A stretch of 62,674 nt of DNA, the filler included. It is 16 parts of 16 records of this genome, joined end to end, with 100 filler letters (N's around TTAATTAATTAA, not from the genome) between each part and the next. Parts side by side here need not be neighbours in the genome. Positions count along the whole stretch, not along the records: positions 40,348 to 46,758 come from SRR16133337_75157; positions 46,859 to 52,116 come from SRR16133337_75402; positions 52,217 to 55,391 come from SRR16133337_75769; 13 more parts are not named here. One strand, written 5' to 3'. Numbering within the stretch: position 1 is the first letter of the stretch; every line of letters starts with the position of its first letter. Below are positions 42,370 to 52,262 of the stretch, piece by piece. Both the position numbers and the translations under genes were made by a program. Below the pieces are notes generated by a model that made no database searches, was not told the origin of the DNA, and saw only the letters and a list, made by a program, of their open reading frames with translations.

Positions 42370-45300
42370 ATGCAACAATTCAAAGCAGCATATATATTAG
42401 AAGGCATCCAAGAGCAATTAAAAGAGTTCGATACTAATCGAATAAAAGGTTTATTGGATTACTTAAGTAGTTTTGATGTTGAGACTAACATAGCAGAAAT
42501 AACTATTGAAAATAAATTTAAACCCTACTTTAATGTAATTCAGAACCAAATAGTAAGAGGCTTACCAACGAAACCAACAGTTTTTATTGAGGAAACTTTT
42601 GCGCGATTATATGATAGCCAAGAAAAAGATGATTCAGCCTTAGCAAAGCAACTAGGATATATTGCCTTTAGGGCTACCGATAATAAAACAAATAATCAAG
42701 TCTTTAAGGCGTTACATCTAATAGATCCTAGGTTGCAGTATGATGAATCAAGTTACAATACACAACTATTGGGAAGTAATTTCGAAAAAGAGTTTTTATT
42801 CAATTATTTAAACCGTAATCAAGCTTCATATCTAATTCAAATATTACAACCTCAAAGACATATAGATACAATTGTTCCTAAAGAAAAAGCTAATGAATTC
42901 AATCAGCAACAAGTTGATTTTGCAATAGAATCGCCTTATAAAAGTTCTTTTACCTATAAAAAATATAGTGAAGAAAAAACAGGCTATCGTAAAAACATTG
43001 GAGCTATTGTTGAAATTGATGGCGTACAATATCATTCAGTGTTTTCCCAAAAAGTATTAGATAATTATCGAGATAATACAGTACAGCAAGGAAATTGGGA
43101 ATCAATCCGTGTCAACAATTTAAGAGAAGATACCGTGCTCCCTTGGTTATCTAAACAAGATAAGGAATTAAGTGATTATTTAAAAGTAATTCAAGAGAAT
43201 GCAAATGCTTCATTGCAAGACACTAAATGGCGGGAGATTTTAGAGCAAACATTAGCGCCAATAGCCATTGCAAGGTTACAAAAAACAATTATTGATCAGT
43301 TAATTTCGGGCGTATTAAATGTAGAAGATAAAGAGTGGAATATTGCCGTTATAGAAAGAGATATTCCCTGTGCTAAATTAGCATTTAAGGATATAGATAC
43401 CTCATTAAAAAAAATACTTTTATTAAGTACAGATAAAAAAATTAGGGAAACTATACTACCAATATTAAACCTTACAATTATATCTTCAAAAGAGTTTGAA
43501 AATTCAAAGTTACATCTTAACCATAAGGTTGTTTTGCAAAATGAGTTTTCAAATGATAAAGATTATGATTTGGTTGTTGATATATCTATGCTTCGTCGTT
43601 CTCAATTAGAAAAATCTGAAACCAATTCGGTTAAAAATTGGATTAAAATTAGAAGCGTACATTATGTAAATTCTAAAAGAAAAATATACACATCTGACAC
43701 GATTAAATATAGAAAACTTACTAAAAAGAAAGATAATGATGTCTATGAAGTTTATGATGAAGCAAGTGACATTCTAAAATATTTCGTTCAAAATATTTTT
43801 AGAAAAAATGACTTCAGAAAAGGACAGTTACCCATTCTTAATAGAGCCTTACAAGGGAAAAGTGTAATAGGTTTGTTGCCTACAGGAGGAGGTAAATCCT
43901 TGACTTATCAATTGGCATCTATGATGCAACCTGGGGTAACTATGGTTATTGACCCTATTAAGTCTTTAATGCAAGATCAATTTGATAGTTTAATTAGATT
44001 AAACATTGATGCATGTAATTTTATTAATTCTAAATTAGATCGATTTGAAAAGGATATTGCTACTAATCAACTTACAGAAGGGGAGATCATATTCAATTTT
44101 ATTTCACCAGAAAGATTACAAATTCAAAGTTTTAGGGATGCACTTAATTCAATGTATAATAAAGATGTATATTTTAGTTATTGCGTAATAGATGAGGTTC
44201 ATTGTGTTTCAGAATGGGGTCACGATTTTAGAACATCTTATTTAAGTTTAGGAAAAAATGCTATTGAACATTGTAAAACAAAAGGATATCCTGACAAGTT
44301 GTTACCTGTGTTTGGTCTTACCGCAACAGCCTCTTACGATGTATTATCTGATGTAGAAAGAGAGTTGTCTGGAAATGGCAGGACAGATCTAGACTCCGAA
44401 GCTATTGTGAGGTTTGAAAACAGTAATAGGGATGAGCTTCAATATAATGTCGTTGAGGTAAACGTTGACTTTGAAAGAGAAGAAAGTTTTATAAAAACAC
44501 TACCAAATGGCGAGCAGTTAAATTTTTCAATAACACCTTTAAAAACAGGTGCAAAAGATAAAATTGCAATCGCAAAACAAGAAAACCTAATTACTTTGCT
44601 TGACAAGATTCCTGTCAAGTTATCAGAATTTAATGGACAAGTAGATTTCTTAAAAGAAAAAGCGCATGAACGTGTTAATGATTTATCCCAAAGGGATGAT
44701 GTTAATATTTATATAGAAAATTTAAATATATCAGATTTTTATAATCCTATTATAAAAGAAAATAAAGAATTTTATAGTAATGCAGGTATCGTATTTACGC
44801 CACATAGAAGATGGTATCAAGGAGTAACAGATCAGTTTAAAAATGACATCTACAGTCAGGATATTCTAGATGATTATGGCAATATAATCCATCGAGGAGG
44901 TGATTTGATTAGGGATGCAGAAGGTAATGATGTTAGAATGCCACTGGATAAACGTAAGGGAATTGCAGATAAAATATTGCGAGATGCTTCACGTTTAAAA
45001 GTAGGTGTGTTTATGGGGTCTTCAGATGATTCAGAAAAAGTAGATAAAGAAATTGAAGCCAAATCTTTTGCTAATCAATATAAATTTATAAACAATCAAC
45101 AAAGTGTAATGGTAGCTACCAAAGCTTTTGGTATGGGTATAGACAAACCGAACGTTCGCTACACAATTCATTTCAATTATCCAGGGTCTATAGAAAGCTT
45201 TGTTCAAGAAGCAGGTCGTGCAGGTCGTGATAGAAAGTTAGCTTTAAATTCAATTCTCTTTAATAAGCAACAATTAATTTCATTTGAACCAGATTTTTAC

Positions 45301-46734
45301 AACAAAATAGATGGTAGAATAGATCTAGAGTCTTTTAATAAGTTACGATTGTTAAGGGGTAAGCAATTTCTTAAAGAAGATGTACCAAAGCTTTGTAATT
45401 CATTGGGAATTGAGAATTTGTCTCAAAATGTAGCTTTTAATGAGTCTATTGCTATTAAGAATTTAGACAGGGACAATCTCGCATATTTTCACAATAATTC
45501 ATTTAAAGGAGAAGACAAGGAAAAAGTAATGATATTCGAATTGCTTAATAATATTACCTATCCTAATCAAAAAGTAACTTTTAATCTTGCGGAAGAGGTA
45601 GAAGATATAACAGGTGAATCAGATATTTGTATTCGTATAAATAAAAATTGGTTAAATGTAAATGCTGATTTTAGAAACAGAGTAGGAGCTATTAATCTCA
45701 ATACTTTCAACTATGCGTATAATTTCACGGTTTATGAAATAGCAGATGCAAAACAAATTTTAGATGTAGCTAAAAGTTTAATACAATCAAATTTCCCTGA
45801 ATACAACAACACAAATATGTTAACCCATTGGTTAAACAGTACACAAGATAGAACAGCACAACCAGGGATTGAAAAAAGATTGATGGATTGTGAGACTGCC
45901 CAAGAAATTAATCCACAAATTGAAGTAAATTTTTCCAATAAGTTTGCTGACAAATCTTATTATATTGACAGTCTAACAAGAAAAATGCAACAAGTAATTC
46001 ACCCGAATATTAATCAAAATAATATTGAAGCATGTCTTTGTTCAAACTATGAAGAGTTTATAAAAAAACTGATAGCATTAATACCAGATTTAAATATTAA
46101 TGATTTAGACCCTGAAATTATTGAAAAAGGTAAAACAAGGTTTTATAGTCAACGAAGAAAAGACGATACAGATAAAGCTCTCTTTAGATTATTGTCTATA
46201 GGTGTAATCGACGATTATACTGTAGATTATAATTTAAAAACCTATACAATTAAAGTCACAAAAAAAGAAGCTGGAGAGTATATTAATTGCTTATTTGAAT
46301 ATATTAAAAGATACTATTCCGAAAGTAGAGCAAAACAAGAAATTAAAAAAGTAAAAGAGTATAAAGGAAATACAGAGATTCAAAAATGTTTAGGGTTCTT
46401 AACAGATTTCGTTTACAGGGAAGTTGAAACAAAACGATTAAGGGCTATTGATGATATGATATTAGCGTGTAGAATTGGTTTGGGAGAAAATGGAAATGAA
46501 GAGTTAAAAGATTTTATTTTCTTGTACTTTAATTCAAAATATGCTAAAGTTGATTATACGATTGATGTAGATAGTGAAGAAGTGCCTTATTCTTTGTCAG
46601 AAGACACAGATTTTGGTAAAGACTTTAACTTTGAGACAGTATGGAAGTTTATCAAAGCTATAGAAATTGATAGAGGAGGAGAAAAGGATAATATAAAACA
46701 TTTAAGAGGAGCGTGTTTAAGACTATTAATTTAG
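42370..46734 (+). CDS. Large RecQ-family helicase with an N-terminal PD-(D/E)xK-like nuclease region
   Basis: FRKGQ, LPTGGGKSLTYQL, VIDEVHCVSEWGHDFR, GLTATA, ATKAFGMGIDK, QEAGRAGRD; N-terminal QVDFAIE...IVEIDGVQYH. Confidence 0.88.
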   Translation: MQQFKAAYILEGIQEQLKEFDTNRIKGLLDYLSSFDVETNIAEITIENKFKPYFNVIQNQIVRGLPTKPTVFIEETFARLYDSQEKDDSALAKQLGYIAFRATDNKTNNQVFKALHLIDPRLQYDESSYNTQLLGSNFEKEFLFNYLNRNQASYLIQILQPQRHIDTIVPKEKANEFNQQQVDFAIESPYKSSFTYKKYSEEKTGYRKNIGAIVEIDGVQYHSVFSQKVLDNYRDNTVQQGNWESIRVNNLREDTVLPWLSKQDKELSDYLKVIQENANASLQDTKWREILEQTLAPIAIARLQKTIIDQLISGVLNVEDKEWNIAVIERDIPCAKLAFKDIDTSLKKILLLSTDKKIRETILPILNLTIISSKEFENSKLHLNHKVVLQNEFSNDKDYDLVVDISMLRRSQLEKSETNSVKNWIKIRSVHYVNSKRKIYTSDTIKYRKLTKKKDNDVYEVYDEASDILKYFVQNIFRKNDFRKGQLPILNRALQGKSVIGLLPTGGGKSLTYQLASMMQPGVTMVIDPIKSLMQDQFDSLIRLNIDACNFINSKLDRFEKDIATNQLTEGEIIFNFISPERLQIQSFRDALNSMYNKDVYFSYCVIDEVHCVSEWGHDFRTSYLSLGKNAIEHCKTKGYPDKLLPVFGLTATASYDVLSDVERELSGNGRTDLDSEAIVRFENSNRDELQYNVVEVNVDFEREESFIKTLPNGEQLNFSITPLKTGAKDKIAIAKQENLITLLDKIPVKLSEFNGQVDFLKEKAHERVNDLSQRDDVNIYIENLNISDFYNPIIKENKEFYSNAGIVFTPHRRWYQGVTDQFKNDIYSQDILDDYGNIIHRGGDLIRDAEGNDVRMPLDKRKGIADKILRDASRLKVGVFMGSSDDSEKVDKEIEAKSFANQYKFINNQQSVMVATKAFGMGIDKPNVRYTIHFNYPGSIESFVQEAGRAGRDRKLALNSILFNKQQLISFEPDFYNKIDGRIDLESFNKLRLLRGKQFLKEDVPKLCNSLGIENLSQNVAFNESIAIKNLDRDNLAYFHNNSFKGEDKEKVMIFELLNNITYPNQKVTFNLAEEVEDITGESDICIRINKNWLNVNADFRNRVGAINLNTFNYAYNFTVYEIADAKQILDVAKSLIQSNFPEYNNTNMLTHWLNSTQDRTAQPGIEKRLMDCETAQEINPQIEVNFSNKFADKSYYIDSLTRKMQQVIHPNINQNNIEACLCSNYEEFIKKLIALIPDLNINDLDPEIIEKGKTRFYSQRRKDDTDKALFRLLSIGVIDDYTVDYNLKTYTIKVTKKEAGEYINCLFEYIKRYYSESRAKQEIKKVKEYKGNTEIQKCLGFLTDFVYREVETKRLRAIDDMILACRIGLGENGNEELKDFIFLYFNSKYAKVDYTIDVDSEEVPYSLSEDTDFGKDFNFETVWKFIKAIEIDRGGEKDNIKHLRGACLRLLI

Positions 46735-46858
46735 TACATGACAAAAAAAACAATTCCTNNNNNNNNNNNNNNNNNNNNNNNNNNNNNNNNNNNNNNNNNN
46801 NNTTAATTAATTAANNNNNNNNNNNNNNNNNNNNNNNNNNNNNNNNNNNNNNNNNNNN

Positions 46859-47459
46859 AAGTCGAAAGTCAAAAGTCGAAAGTCAAAAATTGGTGGGTAA
46901 TGGTCTATTGCCTAATATCTATTGCCTACTGACTCTATTATTAGCAACCGTTACATTTACTTCTTGCAAAGACAACACAAAACCACAGCTACAATATATG
47001 CCAGATATGTATGAGTCTGTAGCGTACGAACCTTATGCAGAGGAATCTGTATTCATAAACAATATGGCTTCACAGTTACCCGTTAAAGGAACGATTGCCA
47101 GAGGTCAAGTACCTTACGATTACCCGAATACAAATGAAGGATACGAAACCGCATTAAAAGAATTGAAATCTCCGTTAACGGCTTATGAGATAGACAGCAA
47201 AAAAGGAAAAGCTTTATACGGAATTTATTGTGCCATTTGTCACGGTAAAAAAGGAGAGGGACAAGGAGACTTGGTTAAAAGAGAAAAGTTTTTAGGAATT
47301 CCTAGTTACAAGGATAGAGTACTTACGGAAGGAAGTATTTACCACGTTATAATGTATGGTAGAAACTTGATGGGATCTCATGCCTCTCAATTGACAAGTG
47401 AAGAACGTTGGCAAGTTGTAAACTATGTTCAAAAATTAAGAAACGATTTATTAAAATAA
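46859..47459 (+). CDS. actE: Alternative complex III monoheme cytochrome c lipoprotein; start uncertain, frame open to contig start
   Basis: Lipobox FTSC, YMPDMY, CAICH heme motif, axial Met; precedes actF. Confidence 0.85.
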
Positions 47460-47541
47460 ATGATAAGAAGTAGGAAGTACCCATAAAGATTTTAAATCAA
47501 GTTACCAACTACTAAATACCAATTACTAAATACGAATAAAG

Positions 47542-48858
47542 ATGTATCAGTTTACAGGTAAATTAAAAACATTTGCATGGGCATTAATGATTGTAGGAGC
47601 TGTAGGAGTCATCTCTGGGTTTTTAATGACACCCCGTTCCGTAGAAGAAGTAAAAGAACAATTGCACCATACACACAACCTACATGAAGCACATGGAGAA
47701 GAAAGATCTCATAATGCTTCTACAGAAGTTACTCCTGACAAACATGCAGTGCATGTATTTCACCAATTAAAAAACAGACCCTGGTCTGCTTTCTATGTTG
47801 CTTTGTTCTTCTTTTTTATAGTAACCTTAGGAGTCTTAGCGTTCTATGCTATCCAAAGGGTTGCACAAGCAGGTTGGTCAATTGTTTTATTTAGAGTCAT
47901 GGAAGGAATTACAGGAAATTTATTGCCTGTTACCCTCATCTTGTTTGTATTCTTGCTATTAGGATCTGCACAGATGCACCACCTATTTATTTGGATGGCT
48001 GAAGGAACTGTTGATCCTGAAAGTGCGAACTACGATGCAATTATCGATGGAAAAAGCTGGTGGTTAAATGTACCTGGTTGGATTTTTAGAGCAATCGTTT
48101 ACCTTATTGGATGGAACTTGTACAGACATTTATCAAGAAAAAGATCTTTAGCTCAAGACCATGCAAAAGATTTGGTAAACTACAAGAAAAACTTCAAAAT
48201 GTCAGTCGTATTTTTAATCTTCTTTTTATTGACAGAATCTATGATGTCTTGGGATTGGATCATGTCTTTAGACCCCCACTGGTTTAGTACCTTATTTGGA
48301 TGGTATATTTTTGCAACCATGATTGTATCTTCGATTACAGTGATTGCAATAGTAACCCTTTACTTAAAATCTAAAGGGCATTTACCCTTTGTAAACGACA
48401 GTCATATTCACGACTTGGCAAAATTCATGTTTGGATTTAGTATTTTTTGGGCTTATTTATGGTTTTCTCAATTCATGTTAATTTGGTATGCAGATATGCC
48501 TGAAGAGACCACTTATTTTATACAAAGATTTGAAGAATACAAATTACCTTTCCTATTGTTGATCGTTATGAACTTTATTTTTCCAATATTACTTTTAGTA
48601 AATAGTGATTACAAACGAATTCCTCATTTTGTAATCGGAACAGGAATCGTTGTATTACTAGGACATTATATGGATGTATTTATCATGATTATGCCTGCAA
48701 CAGTTGGTGGTGAGTGGTTTTTTGGAATCCCAGAAATAGGAGCACTCTTCTTTTTCTTAGGATTGTTTATTTATTCGGTATTTACCACAATTTCAAAAGC
48801 ACCTTTATTAGCAAAAGGAAATCCATTCTTACAGGAGAGTGAAACATTTCACTATTAA
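47542..48858 (+). CDS. actF: Alternative complex III membrane subunit
   Basis: WDWIMSLDPHWFSTLFGWY, HIHDLAK, YLWFSQFMLIWYA. Confidence 0.9.
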   Translation: MYQFTGKLKTFAWALMIVGAVGVISGFLMTPRSVEEVKEQLHHTHNLHEAHGEERSHNASTEVTPDKHAVHVFHQLKNRPWSAFYVALFFFFIVTLGVLAFYAIQRVAQAGWSIVLFRVMEGITGNLLPVTLILFVFLLLGSAQMHHLFIWMAEGTVDPESANYDAIIDGKSWWLNVPGWIFRAIVYLIGWNLYRHLSRKRSLAQDHAKDLVNYKKNFKMSVVFLIFFLLTESMMSWDWIMSLDPHWFSTLFGWYIFATMIVSSITVIAIVTLYLKSKGHLPFVNDSHIHDLAKFMFGFSIFWAYLWFSQFMLIWYADMPEETTYFIQRFEEYKLPFLLLIVMNFIFPILLLVNSDYKRIPHFVIGTGIVVLLGHYMDVFIMIMPATVGGEWFFGIPEIGALFFFLGLFIYSVFTTISKAPLLAKGNPFLQESETFHY

Positions 48859-48972
48859 TACAAAAGTTAAAAATCAAAGAAGAACAAAAAACCATTATTT
48901 TTGTAGAAATTTTCTTTCAATTTCAACCTTTTTAGGTTGAACTTATAAATCATTAAAAAATAGATAGAACCT

Positions 48973-50040
48973 ATGCTAGCTTTATTTTACATTTTTATAG
49001 CTGTCGCAATCGCACTAGGAATTTGGCAAGTCAACAAATTGGCAAGTTTCAGAAAAGTAACTTTAAAAAACGACCAAAACGAACTCGTTACGACCCTTGC
49101 AAAAAGGGAAGAAAATCCAATAGCAACTGAAAAAAACAACGACCTTCAAGGAAAATTCTTTCTAATCTTCTTGGTCGCATTTTACTTGATGATGGGATAT
49201 TGTTTGTTTTTTCTAAACGATATTCTATTGCCAGAATCTGCTTCTGTCGAAGGAGAACATGATGACAATTTATTCTTAATTTCATTTATTTTAATCGGAA
49301 TTGTACAATTTGCGACCCATGCTTTATTGTTCTTTTTCTCCTATAAATATAGAGGAATCAACAATAGAAAAGCATTTTTTTATACCGATAGCCATCAACT
49401 AGAATTGATTTGGACGGCAATTCCAACAATTGTATTAACGGGTTTGATTGGTTATGGTCTTTGGGCATGGAATACAATCATGGATTTATCTGAGGCAGAA
49501 AATCCAATTGTAATTGAAATCTATGCAAAACAATTCCAATGGGAAGCTCGTTATGCAGGTACTGACAATACCTTAGGACGTGGAAATGTTAGGAATATCA
49601 AAGGAATCAATACGATGGGAGTAGATATGACAGATCTAAATGCGGCAGATGATATTCCAGTACGTGAATTGCACTTGCCAAAAGGAAGAAAAATTGTATT
49701 TAAATTTAGATCACAAGACGTATTGCACTCTGCTTACATGCCTCACTTTAGAGCTCAAATGAACTGTGTACCTGGCATGGTTACAGAATTTGGTTTTACA
49801 CCAAAATTTACCACAGAAGAAATGAGAGTCCAATCTGAAACAGTTCTAAAAGTAAACGGGATCAATAAAATTAGAAAAGAAAAAGGAGAAGATCCCTATA
49901 TATTCGATTATCTATTGTTGTGTAACAAAATTTGTGGAGCTTCTCACTACAATATGCAAATGAAAATTGTGGTGGAAGAAGAAGCCGCTTTCTACAGTTG
50001 GTTAAAGCAACAAAAAACAATCGCAGAAGTTATCAATTAA
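48973..50040 (+). CDS. ctaC: Cytochrome c oxidase subunit II
   Basis: LELIWTAIP, QFQW, DVLHS, CuA motif CNKICGASHYNM. Confidence 0.93.
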   Translation: MLALFYIFIAVAIALGIWQVNKLASFRKVTLKNDQNELVTTLAKREENPIATEKNNDLQGKFFLIFLVAFYLMMGYCLFFLNDILLPESASVEGEHDDNLFLISFILIGIVQFATHALLFFFSYKYRGINNRKAFFYTDSHQLELIWTAIPTIVLTGLIGYGLWAWNTIMDLSEAENPIVIEIYAKQFQWEARYAGTDNTLGRGNVRNIKGINTMGVDMTDLNAADDIPVRELHLPKGRKIVFKFRSQDVLHSAYMPHFRAQMNCVPGMVTEFGFTPKFTTEEMRVQSETVLKVNGINKIRKEKGEDPYIFDYLLLCNKICGASHYNMQMKIVVEEEAAFYSWLKQQKTIAEVIN

Positions 50041-50145
50041 GTATCAAAAGATTCCTATTAAAAATGGAGAGAAGAGGAATTGAATCTTAAAATACAATTC
50101 AACAAATAACGATTCAATGGTTAAACAATAAAAATACTGAAAGAA

Positions 50146-51459
50146 ATGAAAGCAAAAGCGACCACAGTAGAATCAATTGTGATCAAAAATCTTTTTGAGC
50201 TATTTGACTATGAGATTGAATACAAAACGGTTAAAAATGTGCGGATCATAACAGGTCCCAATGGATTTGGAAAAACGCAGGTTTTAAATATTTTATACAA
50301 TCTATTTGAAAGAAAATTTTTGTTTTTTCAAAGACTCGTATTTGATAAAATTACGGTAAATCTAAGTGACAAAAGAAAGATTGAAATAGTAAAAAATAAG
50401 AAGAATACTCTTTCTTTCCTTTTCTTTAAAGACGCTAAAAAGATTGAAACAGTAAATAATTCTTCTATCATCAAAGATTTAACAATAGAGATTGAAAGAT
50501 ATCTTCCTTTTCTTCACAGAAGAGTAGAAGAAGATGAATGGCTCGATCTCAGAACAGATCAATTATTATCTACTTATGAAGTAATAAATAAATATGGAGA
50601 TCTGCTTCCAAGCAGGATAAATAAAAGTTATTCCGATATAGAATTTGAAGAAACCAATAAAATCTTAGATTCTATAAAGGTTCACCTAATAAAAGAGCAA
50701 CGACTTTATAAAAAGAGCAACTCTCCTAAGAGAAATCATCGGAGAGAACCTGAACAAACAGTAATAACTGAAACCATTCAGACCTATGCGGATGAATTGA
50801 AGTCTGTTTTATCAAAAAAAGGTCTAGAGTCTTATAGCATATCTCAAAATTTAGATAATACGTATCCAAAGAGACTTATTCAAGAAAAAAACAAAGTAGA
50901 AAAAGAAGAATATAACGAAAGATTTTCCAAATTAAAGCAAAAACAGGAAAGGTTAACTAAAAACGGACTGTATAAAACTCAAAAAAAGGGTTTATCATAC
51001 AGTAAAGAGGATTCTAAAGCTCTTTTGGTTTATTTGAATGACTTGGAACAGAAACTTAGTACATTCGATGATTTGTTAGAAAAGTTAGAATTGTTTGCAA
51101 GTATTTTAAATAAAAGAAGATTTACCTTTAAGTCCATTTACATTGACGAAGAAAAGGGCTTCTATTTCAAAACCAATAAGGGAAAAGAATTGAACCTAAA
51201 TCAACTTTCTTCAGGCGAACAACATGAGGTAATTCTCCTTTATGAATTGATTTTCAAAACGGAATCAAGTACCTTAGTTTTAATTGACGAACCTGAAATA
51301 TCACTTCACGTAACCTGGCAAAAGGAATTTTTGGAAGATCTTTTAAAAATTATAAAAATTCAAAAATTTCAAGTGCTTATAGCCACACATTCTCCTTCGA
51401 TAATTAATGACCGATGGGACTTAGTTTACAATCTTGAAAAAACAAGTCCTGATGCATAA
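50146..51459 (+). CDS. ABC-type ATPase (AAA_15/AAA_21), PARIS AriA-like
   Basis: GPNGFGKT, coiled insert, LSSGEQ, LIDEPE, ATHSP; overlaps the DUF4435 gene. Confidence 0.8.
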   Translation: MKAKATTVESIVIKNLFELFDYEIEYKTVKNVRIITGPNGFGKTQVLNILYNLFERKFLFFQRLVFDKITVNLSDKRKIEIVKNKKNTLSFLFFKDAKKIETVNNSSIIKDLTIEIERYLPFLHRRVEEDEWLDLRTDQLLSTYEVINKYGDLLPSRINKSYSDIEFEETNKILDSIKVHLIKEQRLYKKSNSPKRNHRREPEQTVITETIQTYADELKSVLSKKGLESYSISQNLDNTYPKRLIQEKNKVEKEEYNERFSKLKQKQERLTKNGLYKTQKKGLSYSKEDSKALLVYLNDLEQKLSTFDDLLEKLELFASILNKRRFTFKSIYIDEEKGFYFKTNKGKELNLNQLSSGEQHEVILLYELIFKTESSTLVLIDEPEISLHVTWQKEFLEDLLKIIKIQKFQVLIATHSPSIINDRWDLVYNLEKTSPDA

Positions 51460-52116
51460 GGCAACGATTACATTTCAAGAGAAGTTCAATGAGTTGCAAC
51501 TTGATATTTCTCACCCAAATAGTGCGAGACTAAATTTTATCTTCGTAGAAGGAGAAAGCGATGTTAAACTTTTTAGAAAGCTATTTAATCTTAAAACATG
51601 CAAAGTTGAAAATGTGCCAGGGGGTACTATAAAACTTGAAGAATGCGTTGCTTCTTTGGTAAAGGTTTCTCCTTTAATTGTTGGAGTAAGAGATGCCGAT
51701 TTTTATCATTTAGAAAATAAGGATCGGTATTCAAAACCAAGTATTTTTCTAACCGATTGCCATGATATTGAATTAACAATGCTCAAAGACGATACCGTTT
51801 TAAATGCCCTCGTTTTTGAGTATACAGATTTGGAAACTGATGAACAGAACTTAAGGAATAAAATTTTAGAAACTATTAAAATGGTTGGATTTCTAAAATG
51901 GCTCAATCATTTAGAAGATTTAAAATTAAACTTTAAGTCGTCAGGATTCCAAAATTTAATTTCATTTACAAATCTTAACATAGATTTTGAAACATACTTA
52001 ACAAGAGTTTTATCAAAATCTCCGAATGCACAGATTTCTGATCCAGAAGAAATTAAGACCAGAGTACAATCCCTTTTAGAAAAAAATCCTGATTTATTTC
52101 AATTGACCAATGGACA
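51452..52116 (+). CDS. DUF4435 TOPRIM-like protein, PARIS AriB-like, 3'-truncated at contig end
   Basis: FVEGESD, RDADF (DxD), TDCHDIE; ATG overlaps the ATPase stop by 8 nt. Confidence 0.78.
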
Positions 52117-52216
52117 NNNNNNNNNNNNNNNNNNNNNNNNNNNNNNNNNNNNNNNNNNNNTTAATTAATTAANNNNNNNNNNNNNNNNNNNNNNNNNNNN
52201 NNNNNNNNNNNNNNNN

Positions 52217-52246
52217 ATTTTCGGGTTTCTAACCAGGTGGAGTATA
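52217..52246 (-). repeat. MITE-like terminal repeat at contig start
   Basis: TTTTCGGGTTTCTAACCAGGTGGAGTATA, ending 16 bp before the mvaA ATG. Confidence 0.8.
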
Positions 52247-52262
52247 AAATAACAATTTTAAT

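Noticed and set aside
42370-46734. Housekeeping recQ
   Set aside because: Far longer than a typical RecQ, no evident RQC/HRDC, extra N-terminal domain, and coupled to DUF1998
40348-52116. A single defence island spanning drmB-RecQ and the PARIS-like pair
   Set aside because: A spacer at 46759-46858 separates them; linkage is unknown
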